Shown in pieces: positions 8,516 to 18,952 of a stretch of DNA of 64,000 nucleotides. How positions within the stretch are numbered: the stretch's first letter is position 1; each line of letters starts with the position of its first letter. The position numbers and the translations under genes were made by a program. A model generated the notes under the pieces. That model saw only the letters and a program-made list of their open reading frames with translations. It made no database searches and was not told where the DNA came from. Source of the DNA: Candidatus Marinacidobacterales bacterium (GTDB lineage Bacteria > Acidobacteriota > Vicinamibacteria > Marinacidobacterales > DATDRI01); contig OZ245365.1 in assembly GCA_965226495.1 (NCBI GenBank), positions 5,248,001-5,312,000 on the forward strand. Reading direction: 5' to 3'.

Positions 8516-11254
8516 CTATATATTCAGTTCGAATTGAGGGTCATCGCCCTCGAGCGGCTCGCCTTCGCTGTCGACGTGAACGACGGGCCCGAAGTCGAGC
8601 TCGCGAATCCCTGCCTCCACTTTCGCTGCATCACCCACGACCACCAGTAGCATATGCTCTGGCCGGATGTATCTCCGTGCGGCCTCACGAATTCTATCGA
8701 TGGTGGTGTCTTCGATTCCGCTGACGTATCGGGCGAGCTCTCGGAGCGGAAGTCCATAACAGTCGAGCTCCGCGACCTCCCCGCCCACTTGACCGAGAGT
8801 CTCGAACCTCTGTGCGTCGCCTCGTACGAGGGTCGCCTTGGCATCTGACAACTCCTCATTAGTAACCGGGCGGCTCCAGGAAGCCATGTCCTCGAACTCT
8901 TTCACCATCTCCCGAAGCGCGGGCTTGGTCACTCCAGACTCCACCGCTGAGACCCCCAGGAAGACACTCTGGACGGTTCCGTAGCGAAGCACACTGAAGG
9001 CACCGTAGCTAAAACCCTTGTCCTCACGTAAGTTCGAATTGAGGCGGCTCGAAAACCCCCCGCCCAGAATTGCGTTCATAACCTCGAGCGTGTGGTAGTC
9101 GACAGTGGTCCTTTTGGGACCGGTCATGACGACTCGAAGCTCCGACTGCGCCGAGCCGGGCCGATCGATCAGGTAGACTTTCCGGTGAGGCTCCGCGACC
9201 GGCTCGAAGTGTGCCAGCTCGGGGTTCGCCGATTCTCCCCAGTCGGAGAATGCTCTTTCTGCCGCTCTTCGCGCTTCGTCTACCGAGACGTCACCCACGA
9301 TGACCAAACTCGCGTTCCTCGGACTGTAGTGGTTGCGGTAAAAAGGCAGGAGATCTTCCCGTTGGATGGACTTTACCGACGCTTCTTCTCCTCCGACCGG
9401 CCGGCCGTAAGGGTGCTTGCCGCCGAACAACATCTTGCGGGCTACGCGACCGGCGGTGGCATTCGGATTAGCTCTGTCTTGGAGGATCGAATCGAGTCTT
9501 CGCTTCCGAGCTCGCTCCAACTCATCAGCGGGGAAGCTCGGGTGTACGACGACATCGGACATGAGCTTCAAGGAAGGTGTTAGGTGTCGCCGCAACGTGT
9601 CCAACGAGACGACGCTCCACTCCCGGCTCGCCCCCGCGGAGAGATGACTTCCCATCCGTTCGAGCTCGGCCTCGATCTCGAGTGAGTTCAGAGAGCTTGT
9701 TCCTTCCTCCAGCATTTCAGCAGTGAAAAACGCGACACCGGTTTTGTCCGTCGCATCGGCGACGGCTCCCGCCTTGATGACCAGCGCCGCCGCGACCTTG
9801 GGGATTTCTCGGCGCTCGACGACGCGAAGCGTCAAGCCGTTGGCAAGTTGCACCGACGAGATCTCCGGCGGGTGAAATGTTGGGCTCGACCGCAGGACGG
9901 GCTTGGTGGATCGGTCCGGCCCCTCGGCCGTCGACTTCACCGATTCCTTCTGGACGAAGGACGTCGCCAGACGCGGCTTCAGTAGGTAGCGCTCCGCGGC
10001 GACGCGAAGATCCTCGGCGGTCAGGCTCTGATACCGCTCGTAATCCTGGCCGATGAAATCGGGCGAGCCCAGATAAGTGTTGTACATGGCAAGCCGGTCG
10101 GCCTTGCCGCCGAACCCACCGATCCGTTCGAGCGCGGACAGGAAGTCGAACTCTTGTTTGGCCTTGACCCGTTCCAACTCGCTATCGCTCGGCCCTTCGC
10201 TGGCGAACCGCGTGAGCTCCTCGTCGATCAGAGACTCCAAGGCATCTAGAGAGACTCCGGGGCGGGCGGTCGCCACGATACCCAACATGCCGGCGATCTC
10301 GAGGGAGTAGTTGAACGCGGTTACGTCGGAGGCTTTTTGTTCGTCGTACACTAAACGCTTGTAAAGCCTAGAGTTCTTGCCCTCGGACAAAATCGTGGTG
10401 ACCAGGTCGAGAGCAGCGTCTTCCTCCTCGAAGTACGAAACGGAAGGCCACGACAAGTAGAGCCTCTCCTGAGGAACCCGATCTTCGACGACCAGCCGGC
10501 GATTGGTATCCAAATGGATGACCCACCGATCCGGTCGACTCAGCAGCGGGCCGGGGGCGAGCGGACCGAAGTACGTCTCCACCAGGTCGCGAGCCTCCGG
10601 AATCTCGAAGTCTCCCGCGATCACCAGGGTGCAATTGTTCGGCGCGTAAAACGTCTGGAAGAACTCCTTCACGTCATCCACCGAGGCGCGAGAGAGATCT
10701 TCCATGCTTCCAATGATGTGCCAGGAGTATGGGTGCCCCTTGGGGAACAAATTCTCGAAGAGCGACTCCATCGCGCGACCATAAGGAACGTTGTCCATCC
10801 CTTGGCGTCGCTCGTTCTTGACGACATCGCGCTGGTTATCCAGGTTCTCTTGCGTCAGAGCGTCGAGGAGATAACCCATCCGATCCGATTCTGCCCAGAG
10901 CACCAACTCCAGCGAGCCCGAAGGGACGGTCTCGAAGTAGTTCGTGCGATCGAAGTCGGTGGTACCGTTGACTCCTCCTTGAAAGATATTTGCGCCGGCT
11001 CGCTCCATCATCGACACATATTCGCCCTTCACGTTCTTCGAGCCCTCGAACATCATGTGCTCGAAAAGGTGAGCGAACCCCGTTTTGCCCGGCTTCTCGT
11101 TCTTGGACCCGACGTGATACCAGAGGTTGACGTGTACCACCGGAAGCTTGTGATCCTGGTGGAAAATCACATCGAGTCCGTTGGGGAGGGTGAGTTTCTC
11201 GAACGAAATCTGCGGAACGGTTTCTTCTTTCATCTTCCAGGTGTCTCCGGACAA
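8516..11254 (-). CDS. M16 family zinc peptidase (pitrilysin/PqqL-like)
   Basis: GFAHLFEHMMF (HxxEH), duplicated M16 halves, LREDKGFSYG. Confidence 0.95.
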   Translation of the reverse strand: MSGDTWKMKEETVPQISFEKLTLPNGLDVIFHQDHKLPVVHVNLWYHVGSKNEKPGKTGFAHLFEHMMFEGSKNVKGEYVSMMERAGANIFQGGVNGTTDFDRTNYFETVPSGSLELVLWAESDRMGYLLDALTQENLDNQRDVVKNERRQGMDNVPYGRAMESLFENLFPKGHPYSWHIIGSMEDLSRASVDDVKEFFQTFYAPNNCTLVIAGDFEIPEARDLVETYFGPLAPGPLLSRPDRWVIHLDTNRRLVVEDRVPQERLYLSWPSVSYFEEEDAALDLVTTILSEGKNSRLYKRLVYDEQKASDVTAFNYSLEIAGMLGIVATARPGVSLDALESLIDEELTRFASEGPSDSELERVKAKQEFDFLSALERIGGFGGKADRLAMYNTYLGSPDFIGQDYERYQSLTAEDLRVAAERYLLKPRLATSFVQKESVKSTAEGPDRSTKPVLRSSPTFHPPEISSVQLANGLTLRVVERREIPKVAAALVIKAGAVADATDKTGVAFFTAEMLEEGTSSLNSLEIEAELERMGSHLSAGASREWSVVSLDTLRRHLTPSLKLMSDVVVHPSFPADELERARKRRLDSILQDRANPNATAGRVARKMLFGGKHPYGRPVGGEEASVKSIQREDLLPFYRNHYSPRNASLVIVGDVSVDEARRAAERAFSDWGESANPELAHFEPVAEPHRKVYLIDRPGSAQSELRVVMTGPKRTTVDYHTLEVMNAILGGGFSSRLNSNLREDKGFSYGAFSVLRYGTVQSVFLGVSAVESGVTKPALREMVKEFEDMASWSRPVTNEELSDAKATLVRGDAQRFETLGQVGGEVAELDCYGLPLRELARYVSGIEDTTIDRIREAARRYIRPEHMLLVVVGDAAKVEAGIRELDFGPVVHVDSEGEPLEGDDPQFELNI

Positions 11255-11284
11255 AGAGTAATAAGGGGCGGCTTCAAATAGGCA

Positions 11285-12292
11285 TCAATGGACATCAATA
11301 CTCTGGGAACCGGAACCCGGTTCCAGCGGCAATCGGCCTAAACGTTGAAGTCCTTCTAACGTTTCCTCCACCGACCCCTTCCTCAAGCCGTACTTTTTCT
11401 CGAAGAAGCGAAGGTAGAAGCGGTGTTTGACCTTGCCCCAGTTGTAGAGAGCCAAGGCGCCGGCAAGTGAGCCGGTGAAGAAGACAGGGAGACAGATCCA
11501 CCAGCCGACGCCATTTCGGAGCTTCTTCCAAGTGCTCCATTTCGTATGTACTTCCTGGCGGAAGGCAAGGTCACGGAAGTACCCGCAATAGACTCCCATG
11601 GCGTCGAGCCAGATGGAAGTGAACCGACCATTCACTCCACCCACCTGTGTATCACCCTGCTTGAGGGCGCGAAGAAAATCATCCCGCGTCGAACCGGAGC
11701 AAACCGTATAGCAGCTCCCGAGTCGGGTCAAGGTATGCGCATCGCTTCCACCTACCAAAGCCTTTCCGGGTAGGCGGCTGACCACGACCGAGGTAAGCAG
11801 GTTCTGTCGGTGTCCCTGGGACCCGTTGATACCTTCGAAGAGATCGAAGGAAGCGATCATTTTGTCCATGAACCGCTCGGCATTGCGAAAACTCGGGAAG
11901 CCATGAAAGAGATGATTCAAGACGTACGGCAGCTCGCTGGCCCGCAGGTATCCGATCAGCTCGTCGAAATCGCGCTTGAGGATCTGGATCTCCTTATGCT
12001 GCTCCTCGTTCAAACCATAGACTCCGATGTGGATGGTGTTGCCAAACTCGGGAAGATGGACGGAGACTTCTTCACCGGTCACGAAGTCAGGCGCGTCGGG
12101 GTGGGCGTCGAGAAAGGCCAAGCAACCATCGAGCGAGTCGTGGTCGGTGATAGTGACCAGGTCCATGCCCCGCCCCTTGGCGGTCTGGTAGACCCGCTCG
12201 GGAGTGTTGTAGGAGTCCATAGGCTCGAAGGCCTTCATATGATTGGTTTTACCGCTGAAGTAGGTATGGCAATGAAGGTCGATTTTCAACAT
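11285..12292 (-). CDS. PHP-domain metal-dependent phosphoesterase
   Basis: DLHCHT, ITDHD, GGSDAH motifs. Confidence 0.88.
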   Translation of the reverse strand: MLKIDLHCHTYFSGKTNHMKAFEPMDSYNTPERVYQTAKGRGMDLVTITDHDSLDGCLAFLDAHPDAPDFVTGEEVSVHLPEFGNTIHIGVYGLNEEQHKEIQILKRDFDELIGYLRASELPYVLNHLFHGFPSFRNAERFMDKMIASFDLFEGINGSQGHRQNLLTSVVVSRLPGKALVGGSDAHTLTRLGSCYTVCSGSTRDDFLRALKQGDTQVGGVNGRFTSIWLDAMGVYCGYFRDLAFRQEVHTKWSTWKKLRNGVGWWICLPVFFTGSLAGALALYNWGKVKHRFYLRFFEKKYGLRKGSVEETLEGLQRLGRLPLEPGSGSQSIDVH

Positions 12293-12440
12293 TTGGGCAC
12301 TCGATCGAGCAGGAGATCCTTGGACCGCCGGGGCCTCGTCGCCCCCGCCGGCACAGCGCGCTATTGCCCTGGGCCTCGGAGATCGTCATTTTAGTTAGGC
12401 TTGGGACGCCTTTTCAACCGTGGCGCTATAATGTGAAGCC

Positions 12441-13019
12441 ATGAAGGTATTGGCATTCTGGGCATTGTTAACTTTCATCCAAGCCACGAGCGCTTTTTTC
12501 ACCACGCCTCTGTCGATCGAGCGGATGGCAACGAAGCAGGCGGTGGTGGAAACGACGATGGGTAACTTCGTCATCGAGTTTCTACCAGGCGTCGCGCCCA
12601 ATCATGTCGGCTATTTCTTGAAGCTGGCCTCGGAAGAAGCCTATGACGGCACATCGTTTCATCGGGTGATCAAGTACGGCATCATTAAGGGAGGGGATCC
12701 GCTCACCAAGGATCCCGAGGCTCGGGATCGATACGGCACGGGAGGCCTGGGAGTCCTTGCGGCCGAGTTCAGCGAGGAGCAACACACGCGAGGCGCGGTC
12801 TCGGCGGTTCGGATCCCGAGCAAACCGGACAGTGCTGGCTCCCAATTTTTCATCTACGTCACCGATCAGCTCTCACTGGACGGCCAGTTTTCGGTCTTCG
12901 CCCGCGTCGTGGAAGGCATCGACGTGGTGCAGAAAATTTCTGAAGTGCCCGCGGATGAAGAAACGATGGCCACGGAGCGGGTCGAGATCGTATCAGTCAA
13001 GGTTCGCGACAAAGAGTGA
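12441..13019 (+). CDS. Cyclophilin-type peptidyl-prolyl isomerase
   Basis: FHRVI..IIKGGDP, DSAGSQFFI, FARVVEGIDVV. Confidence 0.9.
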   Translation: MKVLAFWALLTFIQATSAFFTTPLSIERMATKQAVVETTMGNFVIEFLPGVAPNHVGYFLKLASEEAYDGTSFHRVIKYGIIKGGDPLTKDPEARDRYGTGGLGVLAAEFSEEQHTRGAVSAVRIPSKPDSAGSQFFIYVTDQLSLDGQFSVFARVVEGIDVVQKISEVPADEETMATERVEIVSVKVRDKE

Positions 13020-13035
13020 TGGGAGTGATGGGGCC

Positions 13036-14024
13036 ATGGCGGATTTAGATGTCGTCATCGTAGGAGGCGGGCCGGCGGGGCTATCCGCTTCGATCGAGTG
13101 TAAGGAGCGCAACCTTTCGCACGTGGTCATCGAGAAAGGCTCCATCGTCGAGTCCCTTAGACGCTTTCCCATGAACATGATCTACTTCACCACCCCGGAT
13201 CTGCTCGAGATCGGAGGTCTGCCGTTGGTGACTTCTCGAGAGAAACCAACCCGGCTCGAAGCGCTCAAGTATTACCGGAGGGCGGCGCAGCGTTACGACT
13301 TGCCATTGAAGCTCTATGAGCGGGTTGAGGAGGTCGGCCGGGAGAATGGGCACTTTCATGTGCGCACGATGCCGCGCGTGGGCGAGGCTCGCAGCTATTC
13401 CGCCCGCAGGGTCATCGTTGCTACCGGGTACTACGACAATCCGAATTTTTTGGGCATCCCGGGAGAGAACTTACCGAAAGTCTCACACTATTATCAGGAA
13501 GCGCACCCCTACTACCAAATGGAAGTTGCGGTCATCGGCGGAGCGAATTCGGCGCGGAGACCGCGCTCGATCTCTACCGCTCGGGCGCCAAAGTGACTCT
13601 CATCCATCGAGACAAGGATCTCTCGACCCACATCAAGTATTGGGTACGCCCCGACATCGGAAACCGCATCAAGCGTGGGGAGATCCCGGCGTTGTTCGAA
13701 ACGGAAGTGGAAGAAATCCTACCAGACAAACTCCGTTTGAAAGGGAAGGACGGTCGGCGCTCGGAGATCCCCAACGACTTCGTGGTGGCCCTCATTGGGT
13801 ATCATCCGGATTATCCGTTTCTCGAGTCGATGGGTATCGAGATCGAATCGGAGACGGGAAAACCAGTGCACGACCCGGACACATTCGAGACCAATGTGCC
13901 CGGTCTCTATGTCGCGGGAGGGATGGTCTCGGGACGCCAGACCAACAAGATCTTCATCGAGAATGGCCGCTTTCATGGCGGCAAAATCGTTGCCCATCTG
14001 GCCCTTGGTCCATCAAGTCTCTAA
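13036..14024 (+). CDS. ypdA: YpdA-family FAD/NADPH disulfide reductase, frameshifted near 13554 (probable sequence error)
   Basis: GGGPAG, ATGYYDNPN, IKYWV.PD, IFIENGRFHG; adding one base restores GGANSAAETALDLYR. Confidence 0.85.
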
Positions 14025-14036
14025 GGAGGCTTACGC

Positions 14037-14435
14037 GTGCTAGGAAGTCATGGTCCACGTCGGATCCGCATCAGCTCGGGCAAGCTGAGTTTCTCCGCTA
14101 CCTTGATGGACAATCGAGCCGCCCGCGCGTTCTGGAAGCAGCTACCGGTCGAAGCCAAGGCGAGCACCTGGGGCCACGAGATCTATTTCCCGGTACCCAT
14201 CGAGCTCGCATCCACCGAAGACGACAAGGATGTCGTCGCCATGGGTGACATTGCCTACTGGCCTCCGGGGAGCGCCGTCTGCATTTTCTTCGGCCGGACC
14301 CCCGCTAGTCGCGGGGAAGAGATTCGAGCCGCGAGCCCGGTAACGCTTTTCGGCAAAGTCGAGGGCGATCCCACGCTTTTCAATACGGTGGAGGCTGGAC
14401 AGCTCGTGCGGGTCGAGCAGGACACGTCGACATGA
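14037..14435 (+). CDS. Cyclophilin-like fold protein (DUF369-type)
   Basis: WGHEIYF, GDIAYWPPGSAVCIFFG.TP motifs. Confidence 0.85.
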   Translation: MLGSHGPRRIRISSGKLSFSATLMDNRAARAFWKQLPVEAKASTWGHEIYFPVPIELASTEDDKDVVAMGDIAYWPPGSAVCIFFGRTPASRGEEIRAASPVTLFGKVEGDPTLFNTVEAGQLVRVEQDTST

Positions 14436-15079
14436 TCCCCGCGAACATCTCTGAGTCACTCATCAAGCTGGGGCAAGGATTCTACTCCCGCGGATGGGCG
14501 CTCGGGACGAGCGGGAACTTGAGTGCGGTCGTCGATCGCAATCCTCTCCGGCTCGCTCTCACCGTGAGCGGTGTGGATAAAGGGACGCTGACTCCCGACC
14601 AACTCATCATCATCGACGAACACCAGAACGTGATCCATGGAACCGGCCGTCCTTCTGCCGAAGCGCGGCTTCACCTTACCGTCGCCGGGCTCAAGGGCGC
14701 GGGCGCGGTCTTGCACACCCATTCGGTCTGGAGCAACATCCTGTCGGAGATGAACGGCAACCACAGTGGGCTCACCATCGAGGGCTACGAAATGCTCAAG
14801 GGCTTGGAAGGCATCGAGTCCCACGACCACCGCGAGTGGTTGCCTATCCTCGAAAACTCACAGGACTATGAAGCCCTCGCCCGCAACGTGGCAAGAGTAT
14901 TGACCGACCATCCCGACTCCCACGGGTTCTTGCTGCGGCGTCATGGGCTCTACACGTGGGGGCGAGATGTAGCGGAGGCCAAACGCCACGTGGAGATCCT
15001 CGAGTTCCTAATGGAAGTGATGGGCCGCATGGCGTGCGCGCCGGAAAGAAGAAGGGGTAAAGAGAATGGCCACAGTTAG
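14432..15079 (+). CDS. mtnB: Methylthioribulose-1-phosphate dehydratase
   Basis: GTSGN, SGVDKG, PSAE..LH, HTHS, HGLYTWG; class II aldolase fold. Confidence 0.93.
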   Translation: MIPANISESLIKLGQGFYSRGWALGTSGNLSAVVDRNPLRLALTVSGVDKGTLTPDQLIIIDEHQNVIHGTGRPSAEARLHLTVAGLKGAGAVLHTHSVWSNILSEMNGNHSGLTIEGYEMLKGLEGIESHDHREWLPILENSQDYEALARNVARVLTDHPDSHGFLLRRHGLYTWGRDVAEAKRHVEILEFLMEVMGRMACAPERRRGKENGHS

Positions 15080-15626
15080 AATCCCCGACGATAACAAGAC
15101 GTTGGTAGACCCCGAAGAGATCAGGAACTGCCTCGCACCAATCGGCATCAGCTACGAACGCTGGAAACCGAACCACCCCATGGCGGATGGCGCCCCGGCG
15201 GAGGAAATTTTGGACGCCTACAAAGAAGAGCTCGAAAGGCTCAAGCGTGAGGGTGGCTACGTGACTGCAGACGTCATCGATGTCGACTCGGAGACCCCTG
15301 GACTCGACGAGATGCTCGCCCAGTTCAACCGCGAACACTGGCACGACGAAGATGAAGTACGCTTCGTCATTCAGGGCCGCGGTCTTTTTCACATCCGACC
15401 CAAGGGCGGAAAGGTGACCGCTATCGAGGTGGAGGCCGGGGACCTCCTCCGCGTACCCCGTGGCACGTGGCACTGGTTCGATCTGTGTGAGGATCGAACG
15501 ATCCGTTGCATCCGATTGTTTCAGGATCCCTCTGGCTGGACCCCGAGCTACACCGAAAGCGGAGTCGATAAGCATTTCGAGCCCGTCTGTCTGGGACCGT
15601 CCTTCAAACCCGTCAACTCCCCATAG
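15066..15626 (+). CDS. mtnD: Acireductone dioxygenase
   Basis: [22 protein letters not shown] cupin motifs. Confidence 0.93.
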   Translation: MATVRIPDDNKTLVDPEEIRNCLAPIGISYERWKPNHPMADGAPAEEILDAYKEELERLKREGGYVTADVIDVDSETPGLDEMLAQFNREHWHDEDEVRFVIQGRGLFHIRPKGGKVTAIEVEAGDLLRVPRGTWHWFDLCEDRTIRCIRLFQDPSGWTPSYTESGVDKHFEPVCLGPSFKPVNSP

Positions 15627-15633
15627 AACCACA

Positions 15634-16347
15634 ATGAGCGGAGCCCTCTCGTACTCGGGTGTCGGCTCGATTCTGCTAGATATAGAAGGCACGACGACAC
15701 CGGTCGACTTCGTCTACCAGGTACTCTTCCCCTACGCTCGGGCCCAGGTGAAGGACTTCCTCGAACATCACGCCGAAGCCGCTTCGCCGGACATCGAGCT
15801 GCTGCGCCTCGAGCACGAGCAGGACTTGAACCGTGGGGCTCGCCCTCCCGCCTCGTCCGACGCCGTGTCATACGTGCACTGGCTCATGGATCAGGATCGG
15901 AAATCGACCGGATTGAAATCGCTCCAAGGAAAAATTTGGGAGGAAGGTTATCGAAGCGGTGAGCTTCGCGGACAGGTCTATCCCGACGTCCGATCGGCGT
16001 TCGAGCGCTGGCGACGGCAGGAGAAAAAGATCTGCATCTACTCGTCGGGGAGTGTGCTCGCCCAGAAACTCCTCTTCTCTCATTCGACGGCAGGCGATCT
16101 AACACCCTTTGTCGATGCGTACTTCGACACCACGACCGGGCCTAAGAAAGAAGCCGAGAGCTATCGGAGGATCTCCGAAGCGCTATCGCTCGACCCGCTA
16201 GCTATCGTGTTTTTCTCTGACGTCGTCACCGAGCTCGATGCCTCGCGCGAGGCAGACATGCAAACCGGCCTCTGCGTCCGAGAAGGACAACCCGAATCTT
16301 CGAAGCACACCGTCTTCTCGACGTTCGACGAAATCTTCCTGGAGTAG
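15634..16347 (+). CDS. mtnC: Enolase-phosphatase E1 (HAD family)
   Basis: DIEGTT, DRKSTGLKSLQGKIW, YSSGS, FSD motifs. Confidence 0.93.
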   Translation: MSGALSYSGVGSILLDIEGTTTPVDFVYQVLFPYARAQVKDFLEHHAEAASPDIELLRLEHEQDLNRGARPPASSDAVSYVHWLMDQDRKSTGLKSLQGKIWEEGYRSGELRGQVYPDVRSAFERWRRQEKKICIYSSGSVLAQKLLFSHSTAGDLTPFVDAYFDTTTGPKKEAESYRRISEALSLDPLAIVFFSDVVTELDASREADMQTGLCVREGQPESSKHTVFSTFDEIFLE

Positions 16348-16494
16348 TATCAAACAACTTTCCACTGCCGAGCTCCACTCGTGACCACGGCGCTGCTTCT
16401 GGCGCTCTGTCTGACGGGCGTCGCGGTGGCCTGCCGGACATGGGACTTCGTGCCACGGATGACGGTGCGGGAGGACCGCGATCCGGTGGCGCCG

Positions 16495-16524
16495 TTGACA
16501 TGAGCGAAGGCCGTTCGTTATCAT
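16495..16524 (+). promoter_or_regulatory. Putative sigma70 promoter of the tad locus
   Basis: TTGACA-N18-TATCAT just upstream of the first pilin gene. Confidence 0.55.
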
Positions 16525-16551
16525 GCGCTTACCCTCGAACCCCGACACAAG

Positions 16552-16785
16552 ATGAAGAATCTGATCTCGTGCAGCCGGCTGCGCTCTAGGCTTCCTCGCT
16601 CTTTGCCGAATGCAGCGTTCGGCCGAAAGGAATCTGACTCCGAAAAGGGTCAGGCCCTTCTCGAAACGGTCATGTCCGTTGGGTTCCTGGTCACGATTGC
16701 CATTGCGATGAACAAGATGCTCCGCCCGATCGTGGTGGAGGCGTTCGAGAAAATCGCGACCGCTCTGTCTTCGGTGGGGCCCTGA
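16552..16785 (+). CDS. Flp-like prepilin
   Basis: SEKG|QALLE cleavage site with Glu+5, then a hydrophobic helix. Confidence 0.75.
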   Translation: MKNLISCSRLRSRLPRSLPNAAFGRKESDSEKGQALLETVMSVGFLVTIAIAMNKMLRPIVVEAFEKIATALSSVGP

Positions 16786-16790
16786 CAGCA

Positions 16791-17018
16791 ATGTCTGCAA
16801 AGTCAACAAAGACGATCAAGATGACCGTAAACACCGAGCGCAACAGAACAGTCGACGACGAGCGCGGGGTCACCACCATCGAGTACACTATGGTCCTGGG
16901 GTTCATGTCCGTCATTTCTATCTACGTCACCATCTCGCTCGTCAACGTTCTCAAGAACACGGTCGCGGTGCTGACGATCAAGATGGCCATTTTTTTGACC
17001 GGGTTTCCCTCTTCCTAG
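16791..17018 (+). CDS. flp: Flp family pilin
   Basis: DERG|VTTIEY Flp motif. Confidence 0.85.
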   Translation: MSAKSTKTIKMTVNTERNRTVDDERGVTTIEYTMVLGFMSVISIYVTISLVNVLKNTVAVLTIKMAIFLTGFPSS

Positions 17019-17032
17019 CTTAGGAGGTCTTC

Positions 17033-17296
17033 GTGATGTGGAATCGAATGGGGTCGAGATTGAGCGATTGGGCTTCGCTAAGCGTCATCCGCGCGCAGTC
17101 GGGGTTGAAACGGCTCGCAGCCAAGGCTCGCGATCAGCGCGGCGCCATAACCATCGAGTACATCCTGATCATCGCTCTCATCGCCATCATCATTATTACG
17201 CTCTTCACGGTACTGCTGTGGCCGCTCCTGAAGCCGGCGCTCGAGGATCTGATCGCTCGCATCGTGGAAGCCATCAGCGGCGGCAATATCGAATAG
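17033..17296 (+). CDS. flp: Flp family pilin, candidate major pilin
   Basis: DQRG|AITIEYILIIALIAI; strong AGGAGG RBS. Confidence 0.88.
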   Translation: MMWNRMGSRLSDWASLSVIRAQSGLKRLAAKARDQRGAITIEYILIIALIAIIIITLFTVLLWPLLKPALEDLIARIVEAISGGNIE

Positions 17297-17311
17297 CGGA
17301 GCCGTAGCGAC

Positions 17312-17758
17312 GTGATACCCATACGACGGCTCCGGCGCGCCCGAGGCGAGAAGGGACAGAGCGCCCTCGAGCTCATGATGACGATGTCGCTCATTTTCTT
17401 CCTGATGTTCGCCATGGTGCACGTCTCGCTCATCTGCTGCACGAAACTTCTGACGAACTATTCGGCGTGGGCCGCGGCCCGGGTGTGGGCGGTGAACAAA
17501 GACAACGCGCGAGGCAAGGCCGAGCAGGCGGGCGTGGCGATCCTCGAAATCCTGCGCTTCGGGCCCATCGATACGAGCTTCGTCGACGTGCAGGAAGGGA
17601 ACGAAGGCGTCGAGGTAAACTACGAGACTACGCTCGGCGTGCCGTTTCTGCTGAAGAACAACGCTGCGGGTCACGTCACCACGAGAGGCTGGGGCGCCGT
17701 GCCTCGGGATCCGAACGGGTTCGAAGAAGAAGGCGACAACCGGGAGCGCTCTCAATGA
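17312..17758 (+). CDS. TadE-like minor pilin
   Basis: EKG|QSALE, hydrophobic helix, YSAWAAAR (A..GAR-like). Confidence 0.85.
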   Translation: MIPIRRLRRARGEKGQSALELMMTMSLIFFLMFAMVHVSLICCTKLLTNYSAWAAARVWAVNKDNARGKAEQAGVAILEILRFGPIDTSFVDVQEGNEGVEVNYETTLGVPFLLKNNAAGHVTTRGWGAVPRDPNGFEEEGDNRERSQ

Positions 17759-18948
17759 GCCCGGAAGGGCAAATGCCCCAACGCGCGCGAGAGCGGCTAG
17801 GGGACGAGTCCGGCCAGACGATGTTCTTCGTTCTGTGCAGCTTCCTGACGTTTTTCATGTTCTTCGCGCTCGTGGCCAACGTCGGCCAGGCGGTCAACCG
17901 GCGCGTGCTGTTGCAGATGGTCGCCGACACCGGCGCGTTCTCGGGCGCGTCCGCTCAGGCGACCGGCTTGAACACCATCTCGACGTTCAACAAAGTCATC
18001 GACGACGCGTGGGACGTGACGACAATCCTCATGCTCGGATGGACAATCCAGTACTGCGGTCTTGCCATCTATCATCCCTCTCGACGCTAGGCACCCATCC
18101 AAATACAGATTGGACGAATGGTCCGGCGTTCGCTCTTCCATTCCAAGGCCAAGAAACTGGCGCAAAGACAGTGAGTCCGAACACCGCCAGCAGATCCCGC
18201 GCTCTGAATCGATGCGCTCAAAGTAGCCGATCAACAGCATTCGAAAATACACACCCGGCGGTATGCTCGGCCGACCTTGCTTCTTCGCGTAATACGGCGA
18301 GACGAAGTCATTACCCGCATATACCAGGTGATCGAAACGATCATGTCCACGTTGATCCGGGTCACAAATCACGGGGGGGCGGCGTGGGCGATCATGGAAG
18401 CCGAGATGGTGACGCGCGAAAACATTCGGCATTTGTTTCCCGACGGTACGGTCCACAGTCCGCTCGAGTCGTTCCCGAGCCTTCTCGACAGCCCCGGCTC
18501 CGCGGGGATGGGAGCCTCTCACATCTATAACGTCAAACAGGCGTGGCCGTCGCTGTTTTCCGGCGTCCAGCTGGTGCGGCTGAAACAAAAAAGCGCGACC
18601 AAGGGATGGACGTGCTATTCGTATCCGGTAACGTTCATCGGGAAGTCCCGTAATTTCAAGCTCTCGTGGGAGAAGCAGGACGAGGACGAAGTCACGCGGT
18701 TTTATTGGTGGGTCACGGCCGATCCGGTGGACGCGCTGGTGCTGCCGAAGCGCGATGCGTTTCCGTTCGGCTTCCCTCAACTGCCGGAAATGACGGCGGT
18801 CGCGCTCGCGAAACCCGTGGGCGGCGATATCGAACCGGGGGGCGAAGGCGCCAAATATGTCGCTCGGATGATTCCACTTTCGATCATTGACGCCAAGTTC
18901 CTGAACCTCGGAGGTAACTTGCCGAGTCTCACCGAGGTGCTTCATTAA
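17755..18948 (+). pseudogene. TadG-like pilin/adhesin interrupted by a 240-bp insert
   Basis: ESG|QT, NVGQAV..RVLLQMVADTGAFSGA Tad motif; both halves in the same frame; stop at 18088 lies inside the insert. Confidence 0.8.
18112..18300 (-). mobile_element. IS1182/IS5-like transposase fragment (DUF772 region)
   Basis: PYYAKKQGRPSIPPGVYFRMLLIGYFERIDSERGICWRCSDSLSLRQFLG..TPDHSS. Confidence 0.88.
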
Positions 18949-18952
18949 GAAA

